From contig NC_086118.1 of the NCBI RefSeq assembly GCF_963921235.1, positions 21,454,001-21,518,000 on the forward strand: 64,000 nucleotides of DNA, given 5' to 3'. Both the position numbers and the translations under genes were made by a program. Source of the stretch: Mobula hypostoma. Its lineage: Eukaryota. Below the pieces are notes generated by a model. That model saw only the letters and a list, made by a program, of their open reading frames with translations, ran no database searches and had not been told where the DNA came from. Below, in pieces: positions 1 through 12,289 of this stretch. Numbering within the stretch: position 1 is the first letter of the stretch; each line of letters starts with the position of its first letter.

Positions 1-1420
1 TGAGGTCCACCACAGGGTAGATTCAACACCACATTTACCAGCATTACAAACATGACACTATCTGCATCCCTGAGTTCTTCTGATATGCCCTCCCTTTCCC
101 ATAGAGATGAGGTGATGAATCTTTTAATTGAAGTTCCTCCCCGCCAGGCTTCGGAATTGAAACAGGTATATACATCATCACCTGAGGCCTGGTTGATCAG
201 GTAGAGCTTTTTCAACAACTTTTTCAACTTGTTGGTCAAGGATGGTGGCAAGGCTGGACTATGATGTTTGCTGTGAGTTGGGCTCATGGTTAGCAGTGAG
301 ATGTTGGGCCGCTTCTCTCTTTCTGCCAACATCTGTTCTTCAGGCCACAGGTTTTCTGTTGCACCTTGGCCTTCAGGCGTTTGTCAAGCTGTCTGTTTAT
401 CTCAGTCAATGAGACGCATCCATCTGCTATAAGGAAAGTTATCAGCAGTGGTTGAAGAGTTGTGGGCTTGAAGAGGAATGTAGGCAACAGCACTGACCAT
501 TGACCATGGCCACTTTTGTCCTCACTAAAGGCTTTGATTCTGTAAATTGAAAAACACTCTTCTGAAGTTTGGATGCTTGCAGAAATTCCCCTCCATTCTA
601 GATTTGCATCATTCAGAAAGGGGGTCACCTTGCATGGTTACTTGAGTTGCCAAATGCAGACCTCCTTGAATATGCAGGCATTCGGAGACGGGGCTCATTC
701 ATGCAAGTATGTGTCTTACACTTGAAGACAAAGATCATCCACCGATGTTTTTTCCCTTCCTGTCCCCACATCCACTGCTTGCATGACAGCACCTTTTGGT
801 CACAAGAATCCTGTGACTGGAGTCTGGAAAAAATGCACATCTTTCCACTCTTTGGGAGCTCTCTCCAAGAAGTCAGATGTCAACAACAGAATTAGCTGTT
901 GCTTTCAGTACACCAGTGTGGACCAGCTGTCTGAGGGAAAGTGGGCTTGAAGACTAGCACTTAAACACGGTAAAAAAGAAACGCTGATTGCTTACCAGGC
1001 AGCCCCTGTGATTTCATAGATGAAGAATACCTGTAGCAAATACTATCAATTCAACAAATCCACTTACAGGATAAGGAAAACCAATGTCCGTGTCTTCTAT
1101 CAGGACAGCATCTCCAGGAATGAGGCCATAGTTATATGCAGTTGACTCCATTGTGCAGCAGTTTGCTGCATTCTCAATACCAGATTCCCAAAACAGGCAT
1201 TCTAATTCAGAGCTCTGTCACAGGAAGATACTGCCAAGATGACAGCAGAAAATTTAAGGCTAACCGTGGACCTCCTTTGGAAAAAATGCAAACTCCCCAC
1301 TAAGTTCTGGAAATCTCTGGCCAATGCCTACTTAAAGAAGAGGCGTACTATTCAGGTTGGCACTGAGAACCTTTTATCCAATAGCTGAGCTCCGAGAAGC
1401 CCTGCATAAATAGAGTAAGG
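1..1420 (+). mobile_element. Highly decayed RTE-clade LINE, RT and C-terminal region
   Basis: Frameshifted remnants resemble RTE ORF motifs: ELQYADD-like near 644, YLGSxLS-like near 850, and PDTRLPKQxLYSELxHGKR / WESLA-like at 1170-1330. Confidence 0.55.
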
Positions 1421-1895
1421 AGTATAACACCCAAACTGTTCACCTACCTGTCCTGTCAAGCAGGTCGTGTATTGTGAGTCCCACACTGACCTCTTCACTC
1501 TTCTCAGAATGCACTGAACTGGAGTAGAACATGTTACCTCTGATCCTGAGGACTTCCCAAGATGGGAAAGAACTGTGAAAGCATATCATTGGCTGAGTTT
1601 GAGATGTCTTAAGGACTTGATAGGTGCTACAGAAATGAAAGTTTATTTATTCTCTTCCTTACTTTCACTCCTCGGATATCAATTGCTAACTATCATCATC
1701 AGTGTTCGGTGGGAACCTAACCAATCTTTCCATCTTCTCACTAAGGACAATATGGGGCTTTCATCATAATTGGGTTTTACTTAACAAGATCTCCCTGATG
1801 TAGTATATTTTGGTTGGAGAGTCTTTTGTGGTAATTAAAGAAGAAATACTGTATACTATTGAAATTTTCACCGAACACCAGAAAGAAGAGAAAAG

Positions 1896-1951
1896 ACTTT
1901 TCCATAGATGCTGCCTGGCCTGCTGAGTTCCTCCAGCATTTTGTGTGTGTT
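1896..1951 (+). mobile_element. Penelope-like 3' terminal fragment
   Basis: tccatagatgctgcctggcctgctgagttcctccagcattttgtgtgtgtt, the same family as 3601, 6524, 28141 and 45925. ACCAGAAAGA occurs on both sides (1877-1886 and 1952-1961). Confidence 0.7.
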
Positions 1952-2589
1952 ACCAGAAAGAAACTTGCATCAAACAGAAAGGGCTCTTGAAACTTGGAGC
2001 TCCAGCTCTTCCCATGTACAATTTAATTAAGTTAGTTTATTATAAGGATTAAGTTGGTGATCAGTTGATAATATGAACAAGTATAAAATATCACAAGCCA
2101 TTGCCTGTCAAGTAATGGTAGGTTAAGGCCATAATTGTGTTTTATTTTAACACACCATGTCCTATTTAATTGCTGCCTTCACCCTGTTTTTTCTTCATTT
2201 GAATTTACTTTGATTGTGTATAATTGGTAACTTCTGAGTACAACCTGTCCACAATTGAATTTATTGAAAGATGGTGACTGCTTAAATTGGCTGCTTTTCA
2301 CAGGGCTTTGTGGTAAAATGTTTTACATAATCCAAAAACAAAGTGGGAATTTAATCATTTTGTGGTTATGTTTTCCACTGAATCACTTTATTCACCAAGT
2401 CCAGTGACTCATGGTTAAAGTCCTAGTGGAATTTCAAGCAAATTGAGATTGGAATGTTTTATCTGCTACATCTTCATTGGCTCCAGTTTGGTGAGAGTTC
2501 TTAAGTCTTTGGTGCTTCTTTCTTACAACATGCTAGCGAATAGTGTGTGCTTGAAGTTACAAAAGATTTTTGTTAGGGTAAGGATGTTA

Positions 2590-2815
2590 AGGGCAGCATA
2601 GTGCCTCACCATTCCAGAGAATCAGGTTCCATCCTGATCTCTGGTCCTGTTTCTGTGCTCTCCCTGAGGCTGTGTGTGGATTTCCTCCCTTCCGTTTTCT
2701 CCCACATTGGTTGGTAGGTTAATTGGCAACTGTAATTGGGGTTAATATAAATGGTTTATTGATGGTTGCATGGTGATAGACTGAAGAACCTAGTTCCATG
2801 GTGTATCTCTGATAA
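2590..2815 (+). mobile_element. Decayed HE1-like V-SINE
   Basis: tRNA-like head, gtgtggatttcctcc...ttctcccacat core and ggtaggttaattgg motif shared with the copies at 23069, 30860 and 48285. Confidence 0.55.
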
Positions 2816-3600
2816 CTGTGACTCAATGATAAGTATGTAGAAAGTTTTGCAAAGGTAACTGGAACATTTTGTTCCAGTTACTGGTAAGTTGAAGACCCGC
2901 ATTTAAATCCATCTGAATAATAGAAGGCAATAAAGTGAGATAGAATTCAACATTTTTTAAAAAAGGTTAATAAATAAGTGTACCGTATAGCCTACGGTAT
3001 AATATTTTTGGGGAATCCTTGAAAGGATTTGAGGCAAGAATTAGGAAAAAGGATTCACTTGATAGTTTATTCAAAGAGCTAGTACAGCTGTGATGGGCTG
3101 AGCAGTCTACACTCCAGGTGTTAACTCTTGGATCCAGTGTATTGCTGGAAAATTTCTTTCACTTTGTTACTCAATCTTTCCTTATTACTGACCCAGAATA
3201 AAACTCCATAAACTGATGCATAATCTTAATAATGATGATGATAATGATCAGTCAGCTTTTAAGCTTTTTGATACTATCTTTAGACTTGGGTCATTTAACA
3301 ATGTCCTGAGGTTTGTTTTGACCTTGCAAGTGCAGAGAGCATAGCAGAAGCAAATGGTTAAACATTTTAATGTGTTTGGCAGTATAGGTTTAGTAATGTA
3401 ACATATAGGTTGTTAGAAGTGCTCTGGAGGCACGAGGTACATAGTGGAATGCAATTACTCTTGTTTGTGATCTCAGACAATCAGTAAGTTGGTGAAGATT
3501 AATTATTTTTCACAATTGGGTTGACTCGAAGAAAACAAGTTTTATGCCTTTGTCTTACTAGCTGAGCAAGCTAGCTTTGTTTTCTAGAAAACATACTCCC

Positions 3601-3701
3601 CTTTTCTGACGATGGGTCTCGGCCCGAAACGTTCACTGTACTTCTTCCTGTAGATGCTGCCTGGCCTGCTGCGTTCACCAGCATTTTTTGTGTGTGTTGC
3701 T
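3601..3701 (+). mobile_element. Penelope-like terminal fragment with hammerhead core motif
   Basis: CTGACGA (3606-3612) - t - gggtctcggccc - GAAA (3626-3629), followed by the family tail. Confidence 0.75.
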
Positions 3702-6523
3702 CTCCTTTTAGTTGATGTTTCACACCTTTCTCCACCCTGAACATCTATATCTGCAATGCACATTAAGTTGTCGTTAAATTTAATTGGGTTTCTTCTACTT
3801 GAGCACAAATACTCAGTTGTTTGATTACTTGGGTTAATTTTTCAACAGGACATTTAAGTTGAAGTCAGTAGGTTGGTTAATAATCACTGAGTAAGTTAGA
3901 GGCTCGTGACAGACTTTAATCAAATTTAATCAAGTTAGAGGGGTTATATCAAAACTCACTCTTTTTATAGAATGCATTTCAAAGGACAATTTATCTACAG
4001 TTTTCATCTTGAGAGTTACATGCAATAAGTCTAGAACATTATTTTGAAACTTGGATTCCAGCTAAGATGTAACAAGCCTAAAATATTTTTGGCAATGTTA
4101 AAATATTTATGAATTCTGATACAGTATAACTTCCTCGTGTGCAAAAGAGACTAAGTAATTTTTAATTTTGACAGACTGAAGTGTGGGCGAAATCATGATC
4201 ATTGTCACTTAGTTGCTAAGGGCTGTAAGAAAAAGGGGAAGTATTTTCTGATCTAAGCCTTGTCTTTGTGACTTGCACCAGCAGTACAATTTGTGACTTT
4301 TTGGTGGCTGCTCCATTTGCCAATGGAAACTGTTTCCTCTTATTAAGTTAATCAAAACTCATTGTTTGAACAGCTTTAAGCATCCATGTGTATTGCTGCG
4401 ATGCTTAAGGTCTCAATAGTGTTGCCATCAAGTACAGATATTCCAATGAGTGTGATGAGGGGGTGAAATCTGACTATGGAGATGCCCCACAGTAAGAACA
4501 AGAAATTGAAGCATTTAGGCTTTCAGTAAGATCATGGTTTATCCTTTACCGTAGCACAACTTTCCTGCTCTGCCTCCATATCCCTTAGTCCTGTGTTATC
4601 TGAGATTTGTTCATCTGTGTCATAAGTTCACTTGGCAATTGAGCCTTCACGATTCTCCTGAGTAGAAAATACCAGAGATTCATGTGCCTCTGGTGAAGAA
4701 ATCTCTTGTCGAGCGTTGTAACTGGCTGACCCCATGCTTTGTTTTGTGATCTTGAATAACGCAAACCAAATCAGTAGTTGCATATTCAGTGCTTCTACCA
4801 ATGTGGCAAAAACCTAGCTTGGAGCTTCCTCACCCACCACCATTTCATTTTGATTGACAATATTATCTAATTACTGTTGAAATCTATATTTTGTCATGGC
4901 CCCTCTGGTTGGAGGTGTACAGCGGTTTATTTTAGAGGCTTGCTTGTAACTTCTCCGGTAAAGAGGCTACCTCATTGACTTGGTCCATGTTCCAAGCCAG
5001 TGCTCAGATTAGACTCCCCAGGGTCCTATTTCAGATGTACAACGTAAACTGATATTTGGAGTCGGAAGTTGTTACTATGGGTTAAAGTTCAGAGTCACTT
5101 GTCCCACAGGGTTTGGATGGCAAAGTTTTACTGGTAACTGCAGTTCATTCAGAACAGCCACAGATTTACAGCTGTTGTACAAACAAGACCTCTGTTTACT
5201 TGGACAGAGGCAGCAGTTAATATTAATGGTGTGTTTGTTTTGAATAGTAATGGTAAATGGTGATTTGAGGAATCCTTTATAATGTCTTTCAAGTTGGTAC
5301 TTGCCTTTCAACATCAAACAATATGAAATTGGGACCAGGTAAGTTAAATTAAGTCACTATCTTTGAAGCGAGTCTTATTTATTTAATTAACAGTTCCCTA
5401 ATGCAAATTGATCATGACATATACTTTTTGCAACCAAGTTTGCAGATGTGCATATATAAAATAGTAGTTTTCTATGCCTGAACAATTGCTCTTGCATATG
5501 CGGTCATCCTGATGAGAAGACTAACAAGATTCGTCCGCTTATAATCTTGGCTGAATGTCTTTATCATAGCCACTGCGATGCCATGTGAACGTATAAGAAT
5601 TAACAAACTGGACTCAAAATTTTAAGTTAGTGTTTTTTTTAGTGATTACTTGTGCAACCATCAGGATTTGCTGCTTTGCACTGTAGATTTTAATTTTGAT
5701 CACCTTAATCGATGGCATCAAACTAACTCCTTATTTACTTGCACAGAAGTTGATCAGAGCAGTATTATTCTGCGTGATAAATCCTGCTTTTCTGTCCAGT
5801 GCCTGTGAAGTTCATGGCTCGGGCAGGGTATGGCTAGTAGCTTACAAAGTGTTGACTGTTTTGACCAAGTGGCCTCTGTTCATAGGCGACCCAGCGAAGA
5901 GGTGGTGTTTAAAGTGTTGGGGGGGGGGGGAGCGGAGGGGACTATGGGATGGTGGTGAGTGGTTCATGCCTGGGGGAGATTGGAAATTTGGGATCAAAGG
6001 CAATTCGATTATCCTAGTTGTGGCCAGGGACAAGGGTAATCAGGAAGGTAATCCTGAGCACATTTTGTACTGTAATTTTGTATAGAAAACTTGAAAAATG
6101 TCAACACAATGTTGATGTTGCACAAAATGTGACTATTTAGTTTATTTGCATATTTACATTGGTACGATGGATTAAGTTGAAGGGATGACTTGAGCTGAGT
6201 TTTCAGTCGTGCAGTGCTTTTAAAACATGGTTAAAAATGGGCATCCAAAAGAATTTCTGCCCCCTGTTCAAGCACAGTTGAGTGGGACACAGTGTCTCAA
6301 AGCACCGGTGACCCAGGTTTGATTCTGACCTCCGGTACTGTCTGTGGGGAGTTTGGATGCTCTTCGTGTGAAGGGGTGGGTTCCACTTCAGCTGCTCATG
6401 TCTTATGCTATATTGCTGGAGATCTGTTGGCTAGGAGGTAAATTGTCACCAGTGTAGATAGAAAATAAGTGCTGTTGATGGGTATGTGTGAGAATAGATT
6501 GAATGGATATAAATAGGGTTGGT

Positions 6524-6714
6524 AAACACAAGGAATTCTGCAGATGCTAGAAATTCAAGCAACACACATCAAAGTTGCTGGTGAACGCAGCAGGCCAGTC
6601 AGCATCTCTAGGAAGAGGTACAGTCAACGTTTTGGGCCGAAACGTCAACTGTACCTCTTCCTAGAGATGCTGCCAGGCCTGCTGCGTTCACCAGCAACTT
6701 TGATGTGTGTTGCT
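6524..6714. mobile_element. Penelope-derived foldback (inverted pair) insertion with TSD
   Basis: Near-perfect inverted arms 6557-~6633 and ~6637-6715, flanked by direct repeat TAAATAGGGTTGGT (6510-6523 and 6715-6728). Confidence 0.85.
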
Positions 6715-8989
6715 TAAATAGGGTTGGTGTTGTGCTTATGATTAATGGAACTGCTTCAAGAGCAAACACACATTCTATTGGCTGAGTAGTTTTCTACTGT
6801 ATTCTAAGAAAGTGTAACATAAAATCATATTCAGTAAAGTTTCCAGAGGAGCTCAACTTGAATTTGAGGCCATCTCAATAAAGTTTCAGTCAGGAACTAG
6901 CCATTATTTTTATTTCTGTACTATGAACTCTATTTTGGGAACATTTTTCTCCAAAGGATACTCTTTCCTGGCTTGTTTGGAATATATTTGGCAATCTGCA
7001 GCTCCAAAGTGGAATGCTAGCTTTGCACGTCTTTTGAAATTTGTCACGTCTCTTGGCTTTAGGGTGGCATTGCTCTATTTTGGTATTGTGGGTAGCTAAG
7101 GAGAATGATTATTCATGAGCTGAATTTAAAGCCTGAAGCAGTTAAACTTGTTTAATGGTCTGATCTCCCATTATCTACTAGTAAACGATCTCTGAGAACA
7201 GTAGGGGATGTGGTGTGGAAGTGGGGAAGTAAGAATTAATAATACCATAAAGACACAGTGATAAGTCTGTCAGCCTTCATCAAAGCCGACAACAATTCAT
7301 TTTGCAAATACATCATCAGAAGTTAGTCAATGCTCTCATGAGTATGGATGCTGTTTCACATAAATTTTAAATACCCAGATCTTAAACATAATAGTTTTCA
7401 GCAGAGCATCACTGTTCTAAAATGTTTGTTATTTTACCCTTCTGAATAACCAGTCTTTCTAATCCTAAGGATCTGTGAATTAAAATAACCAGCTCTACAT
7501 GGAGAGTAACATGCTAAAAATAGAAGACTTTGGGAAAACTTGAACAAAATGGTGTCCTACTTTGTATTCAGAAATGTGAATCTTTAAGGTAACTTTATTG
7601 ATAAGCATGTGTTTTCTGCGGATTTTCCCTCTGTTAACCTGTTAGTTCGCACTGATTGGGGAATCTGAATGAGCTGCTGGGGATGATATGGCATTCTGAT
7701 GATGAGTAGTTACTGCCCCTCGGGATCACCTCCTCACGAAGTATGTTGGCCAACAAGTGCTGCCTATTGTTAGCAGCATCGTGTACTTTCAGTAACATAG
7801 CTTCAGAGGGCAAGTCATTCAAAGCAGCAGCAACATGAGTGCTGGCTTGTGCAGAATGGTGTAATTACATCCTTCTGTCAAACAGTGAATACACCAGCTC
7901 AGGAGCATTGGTTAGGGCCTGAGTCAGATTACCGCCGGGTGCTGTCAGTATCCGTAAAGTAATCTTCAGCAAAATTCCATTTTGGACTTGGGACAATGCT
8001 CACATTATACTGGAAACATCTCTGAATTGCAAGTATCCACGCTTTGGAGGTCCATGATCTGCTACTTCATTTACTGTGTAGAAGCCAAGGTTACCTTCTT
8101 GTGATTTCTAATTTTGGGGCAGGTAGAGAAGGAATGCATACAGTTTTGTTACCTGCTTGCCTTTTGGCTCATTCAAGGCAATATATGGAGATCATGGCGA
8201 CCTCTTTCATTCTCTGAAAATGAATTAAGAGTATGTGCTTTTTCTTCTGCATCTTTAAAATATGTAATATCTTTATTCACCGAGCTGCACAGCACTTCAT
8301 TGAAATCTCAGATGAATAACATACACACTTATTCTGTTCTGTTAATTCTTCCTAACCTCTTTATTAAATAGGGAGCTTTATGAAATATTAATATAGCTGA
8401 TTAAATCAAAATTTTTGTACTATCTTTATGTTTTGAGTTATTAACTCTGGCATCCTGGAAACAATATCTCTCCACATTGAAGCATTTGCTACCTTCTCAT
8501 GTTCTGACAAAGATTAGAAATCTATTGTTAGGTTCACAAGTTAACTAGAGCCCATTTAGTAATCGGGTAAAGTGCCCAATGAGCAAATTCACTGCATGCA
8601 TAAGTGGAGGAAGGAAACAATTTCATAATGTCGGAGTTTATTTCATATGCAAATAATTATATTTGTTTCTAATGAAGGTGCACATTGCAAAACTTGCTCA
8701 AAATTGGCATGATATAAGAATGATCAGGTAACTCCTTAAGGAAATTGAACCTTCTATTTTTTAGAAGGCAAATGTATGTACCATTTTTGAATTCTCTTGA
8801 ACAAAATTTCTGGGATTCTTTGAGTATCTTTTACACTGGCTATCTAGTGAAAACATGTCTCTTTTGATGACATTCAAAAAATAATGAAATGGTAGATATA
8901 CACAGCTTTATGACCACTTCAGTTTGAATGTTTAGCTTTCAGTATCTAGATTGTACTAGTGTGGGAGCAAGACTGCAGACTAGAATTAA

Positions 8990-9125
8990 AAAACACAAGA
9001 TTCTGCAGATGCCAGAAATCTTAAGCAATATCCTCAAAATGATGGAGGAATTCAGTAAATCAGGCAGCATCTATGGAGGGGAATAAACGATTAAGGTTTT
9101 CTGCCGAGAACCTTCACTAGGACTA
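8990..9125 (-). mobile_element. Decayed Penelope-like terminal fragment
   Basis: acacaagattctgcagatgccagaaatc...caggcagcatctatggagg...gccgagaaccttcactaggact is a diverged reverse copy of the same family. Confidence 0.65.
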
Positions 9126-9298
9126 TAATTAATTTCCATACCTACAGTTAATGCTAGTGAAATGTTGTACAGTTAATCTAGTTAACTTTAGATTTAGGTT
9201 TTGCCAGCAGACAATTATGGGACATTGGTAATGGTCTCTTTGGCATGTTGTTACTAATTCACGTTCTTTGGGCAGAATGCTTTCATAAATACTACTGT

Positions 9299-10095
9299 AT
9301 CAGAATCAGATTTAATATCACCAGCATATGTCATGATATTTGTTAACTTTATGACAGCAGTACAATGAAATACTGCACATGATAAATATATAGAGAAAAA
9401 ACTGAGTTACATTAAGTATATATATGTCTATTAAATCGTTGTTGTATTGGCGTGTGGCCAAGTGGTTAAGGCGTTGATCTAGTGATCTGAAGGTCGCTAG
9501 TTCGAGCCTCAGCTGAGGCAGCGTGTGTGTCCTTGAGCAAGGCACTTAACCACACACTGTTCTGTGATGACACCGGTGCCAAGCTGTATGGGTCCTAATG
9601 CCCTTCCCTTGGACAACATCGGTGGCGTGGAGAGGGGAGACTTGCAGCATGGGCAACTGCTGGTTTTCCATACAACCTTGCCCAGGCCTGCGCCCTGGAA
9701 ACCTTCCAAGGTGCAAATCCATGGTCTCACGAGAATAATGGATGCCTATTATTAAATAGTTGTTAAAATAGTAGTGCAAAAACATTTTTTTTTAAAGTAC
9801 TGAGGTAGTGTTCATGGGTTCAATGTCCACTTAGAAATCAGATGGCAGAGGGGAAGAAGCCGTCCCTGAATCACTGAGTGTGTGCCTTCAGGCTTCTGTA
9901 CCTCCTTCCTGACAGTAACAGTGTGAAGAGGGCATGCCCTGGGTGGTGGGGATCCTTAATGAAGGACGCACTGCTCCTTGAAGATGCCCAGGCTACTACA
10001 GAAGGTAGTACCCATGATGGGGCTGACTAATTTTGCAGGTTTCTGCAACTTGCTTTGATCTTGTGCAGAAGCCTCAACCCGCACCCCCCCCCATA
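9299..10095 (-). mobile_element. Rex1/Babar-like LINE 3' fragment interrupted by a SINE
   Basis: (atcaga)n tail on the left. Reverse strand of 9840-9960 encodes remnants of DPHHPGHALFxLLLSGRRYRSLKAHTQ*FRDGFFPSAI. Confidence 0.7.
9444..9749 (+). mobile_element. tRNA-derived SINE with TSD
   Basis: A box tggccaagtgg, B box gttcgagcc and gtgtccttgagcaaggcacttaac core. TSD TATTAAAT(C/A)GTTGTT at 9429-9443 and 9750-9764. A second copy lies at 25098-25407. Confidence 0.85.
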
Positions 10096-10279
10096 TAGCA
10101 ACATAATGAGAATATCACATTAAAAAGCACACTGAGATGAAATATTCCTTGCTGTGTACTGAGAAACTTCCTTTTGAATCTCACGTTTGGAATATAAAGG
10201 CAGTGTTTGCTAATAAATAAACAATTGCATTTATTTGTAAAGAGCTTCAAGGTTTAATCTGCTGCTTTTCTCTTTCTAG

Positions 10280-10339
10280 CTTCTTGTCGTCCATGCAATG
10301 ACATGGAAGTCCTCCTCGCTGCCTGCACCAGTGATCTGG
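10280..10339 (+). CDS. METRNL: Meteorin-family gene, penultimate coding exon (60 bp, phase 1-1)
   Basis: Pyrimidine tract plus AG ends at 10279 and GTAAGT donor starts at 10340. Encodes (x)SCRPCNDMEVLLAACTSDL, matching the meteorin-family motif CRPCSDxEVLLAxCTSDF. Splices in frame to the 17048 exon (G+TG=Val). Confidence 0.9.
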
Positions 10340-10559
10340 GTAAGTGTATTTGTCAATCACTTTGATCATGATTCAGTGACACTGTTGCTCAATGAATAAG
10401 GGGAACTGAATATTCGGCGTATTTGACATTTTTTTTTAAGAATAGGCAGAAGTAGAAGGAAATGGGTTAGCTCTATTAAGAAAGGATGTTGTAATGGTGA
10501 ATTTGAGCTCATAGCACTAGATGTTTCATCTCTTTGATAAGCAGATCCTAACTTGAGTC

Positions 10560-11000
10560 ATAGTGTCAAGATCTTGAGGCGGGGCTTGGTGGTGGCAGAT
10601 ACTTCCCAGCACCCCCTTTCTTAGATGTTTCATCAGTTTAAGCCCACTACATCTCCAGAGGGCTCAACAGTGTGACCTTGGCCACCCATGGGTCATTTTA
10701 GGGCCCAGCTACCGTCGCTCCTCTTCATCCATAACCAGTGGCTGCTTTGCTCGGCTGCCTCCGAGTTCTTTTATAGCTTGTCACTGGCCCTGGCCTCAGA
10801 CTCCCAATCCCTTCAGCAATCTGACCATGGAAGAAGCCATGAGCTCTCTGCAGCCAACCTCTGTAGGGAAGATCTGCACCTTCCATCCACACGGCTTGGT
10901 ATCTGCAGCCAGCTCAGCGTATCTTACATGTTTCCGCTCATACATCTCGCAGACTGCATCTTCCCAGGGCGCTGTGAGCTCTGAGACCACTACAGCCTTC
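10560..11000 (-). mobile_element. Hero/R2-group (restriction-like endonuclease) non-LTR retrotransposon, 3' fragment
   Basis: ELTAPWEDAVCEMYERKHVRYAELAA...GWKVQIFPTEVGCR followed by SEAAEQSSHWLWMKR, matching the ELTVPWE...YERK..RY...VEVGCRG signature of Hero elements. Confidence 0.8.
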
Positions 11001-11124
11001 AGACCGCTGGAATGATACTGACTTGAAAATCACTGTGGATGGTAATAAATAATAAGAGTAATAAGTCATTCGTGGGCATCGTAAACTGCCCCCTTTGCAA
11101 TAGCTGTACTGTATGACAGAGTAT

Positions 11125-11550
11125 AAACACAAGGGGTTCTGCAGATGCTGGAAATCCAAGGCAACACACAGAAACTGCTGAAGGAACTCAGCCTGCCAGG
11201 CAGCGTCTATGGAAATGAATAAACAGTCGATGCTTTGGCCTGAGACCCTTCATCGGGCCTGGAACGGAATGGGTATATGCCAGAAAAAGAGGGTCTGGGG
11301 CAGGGAGAAGTACAAGCTGGAAGGTGATGGGTGAAGCCAGGTGGGTGGGGGAGGGGGGAATGAAGTAGGAAGCTGGGAGGTGATGAGCCGCAAAGGTGAA
11401 GGGCTGGAGAAGGAGGATTTTGACAGGAGGTGAGAGTGGATCATGGGACGAGGGGTACCAGGGAAAGTTAATAGGCAGGTGAGGAGAAGAAGTCAGAGGC
11501 CAGAGTGGAGAATAAAAGCAGAGGCAAGGGTAAGGGGGACATAAAGTTAG
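11125..11550 (-). mobile_element. Penelope-like element 3' region (pLTR-like)
   Basis: Family terminus joined to the purine-rich (on +) body of the element. Degenerate hammerhead motif at about 11224-11260 on the minus strand. Confidence 0.7.
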
Positions 11551-11739
11551 CGTACCAGTTAGTAGGTTAATTGGTTGTTGTAAATTGTCTGCCAGAGTTA
11601 AATAGAGTGACACGGTTCATTGGGTCAGAAGGGGCTGTTTCACACTATATCTCTAAATAAAATAATGTAACATTTAAAAACAGACTTTTTAAAAAAGTAC
11701 AGCAACTTAAAAAAAAATAGATGTAGTAAATACTTTAAA

Positions 11740-12145
11740 GAATGGGTAGGAATTAACAGGGGAAATTGAGATCTTATATAAACATACAAAATTATGAAAG
11801 AGATAGATAAGATAGAAGCAGGAGAATCGTTTCCACTGATAGGTGAGACTCGAGCTAGGGGACATAGCCTCAATATTTGGGGGAGTAGATTTAGGACTGA
11901 GATGAGAAAGAACGGCTTTTCCCAGAGGGTGGTGATTCTGTGGAATTCTCTACCCAATGAAGTAATGGAATCTACCTCAGTAAATATATTCAAGACAAGG
12001 TTGGATAGATTTTTGCATAGTAGGGGAATTGAGGGTTATGGGGAAAAGGCAGGTAGGTGGAGATGAGTTCATGGTCAGATCAACCTTGATCTTATTGAAT
12101 GGACCAGATGACCTACTCCTGCTCCTGTTTCTTATGTTCTTATGT
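11740..12145 (+). mobile_element. CR1 LINE 3' fragment
   Basis: TRARGHSLNIWGSRFRTEMRKNGFSQRVVILWNSLP...FKTRLDRFL with a (ttcttatg)n tail. Confidence 0.85.
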
Positions 12146-12289
12146 AGAGCAAGGGCAGAGAACATTGATTATTATGAATTGGTCTTCATAGTGGAAAACA
12201 CTGAAAATATCATTATAATGAATAAGGGCTGTGGTGAGGGAGCAACTTAAAACAATCTTATAACTGGTAAAATGTTCTGGGTGTACATA

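Noticed and set aside
7634..7822. Possible antisense exon or C/D snoRNA (TGATGA/CTGA motifs) in the intron
   Set aside because: No recognisable protein similarity, and box order and terminal stem do not fit a C/D snoRNA. It may still be a conserved non-coding element, which I cannot test here.
9447..9520. tRNA genes at 9447, 25330-25405 and 46546
   Set aside because: They are SINE heads: A/B boxes continue into SINE bodies with tails and TSDs, and I could not see a complete cloverleaf.
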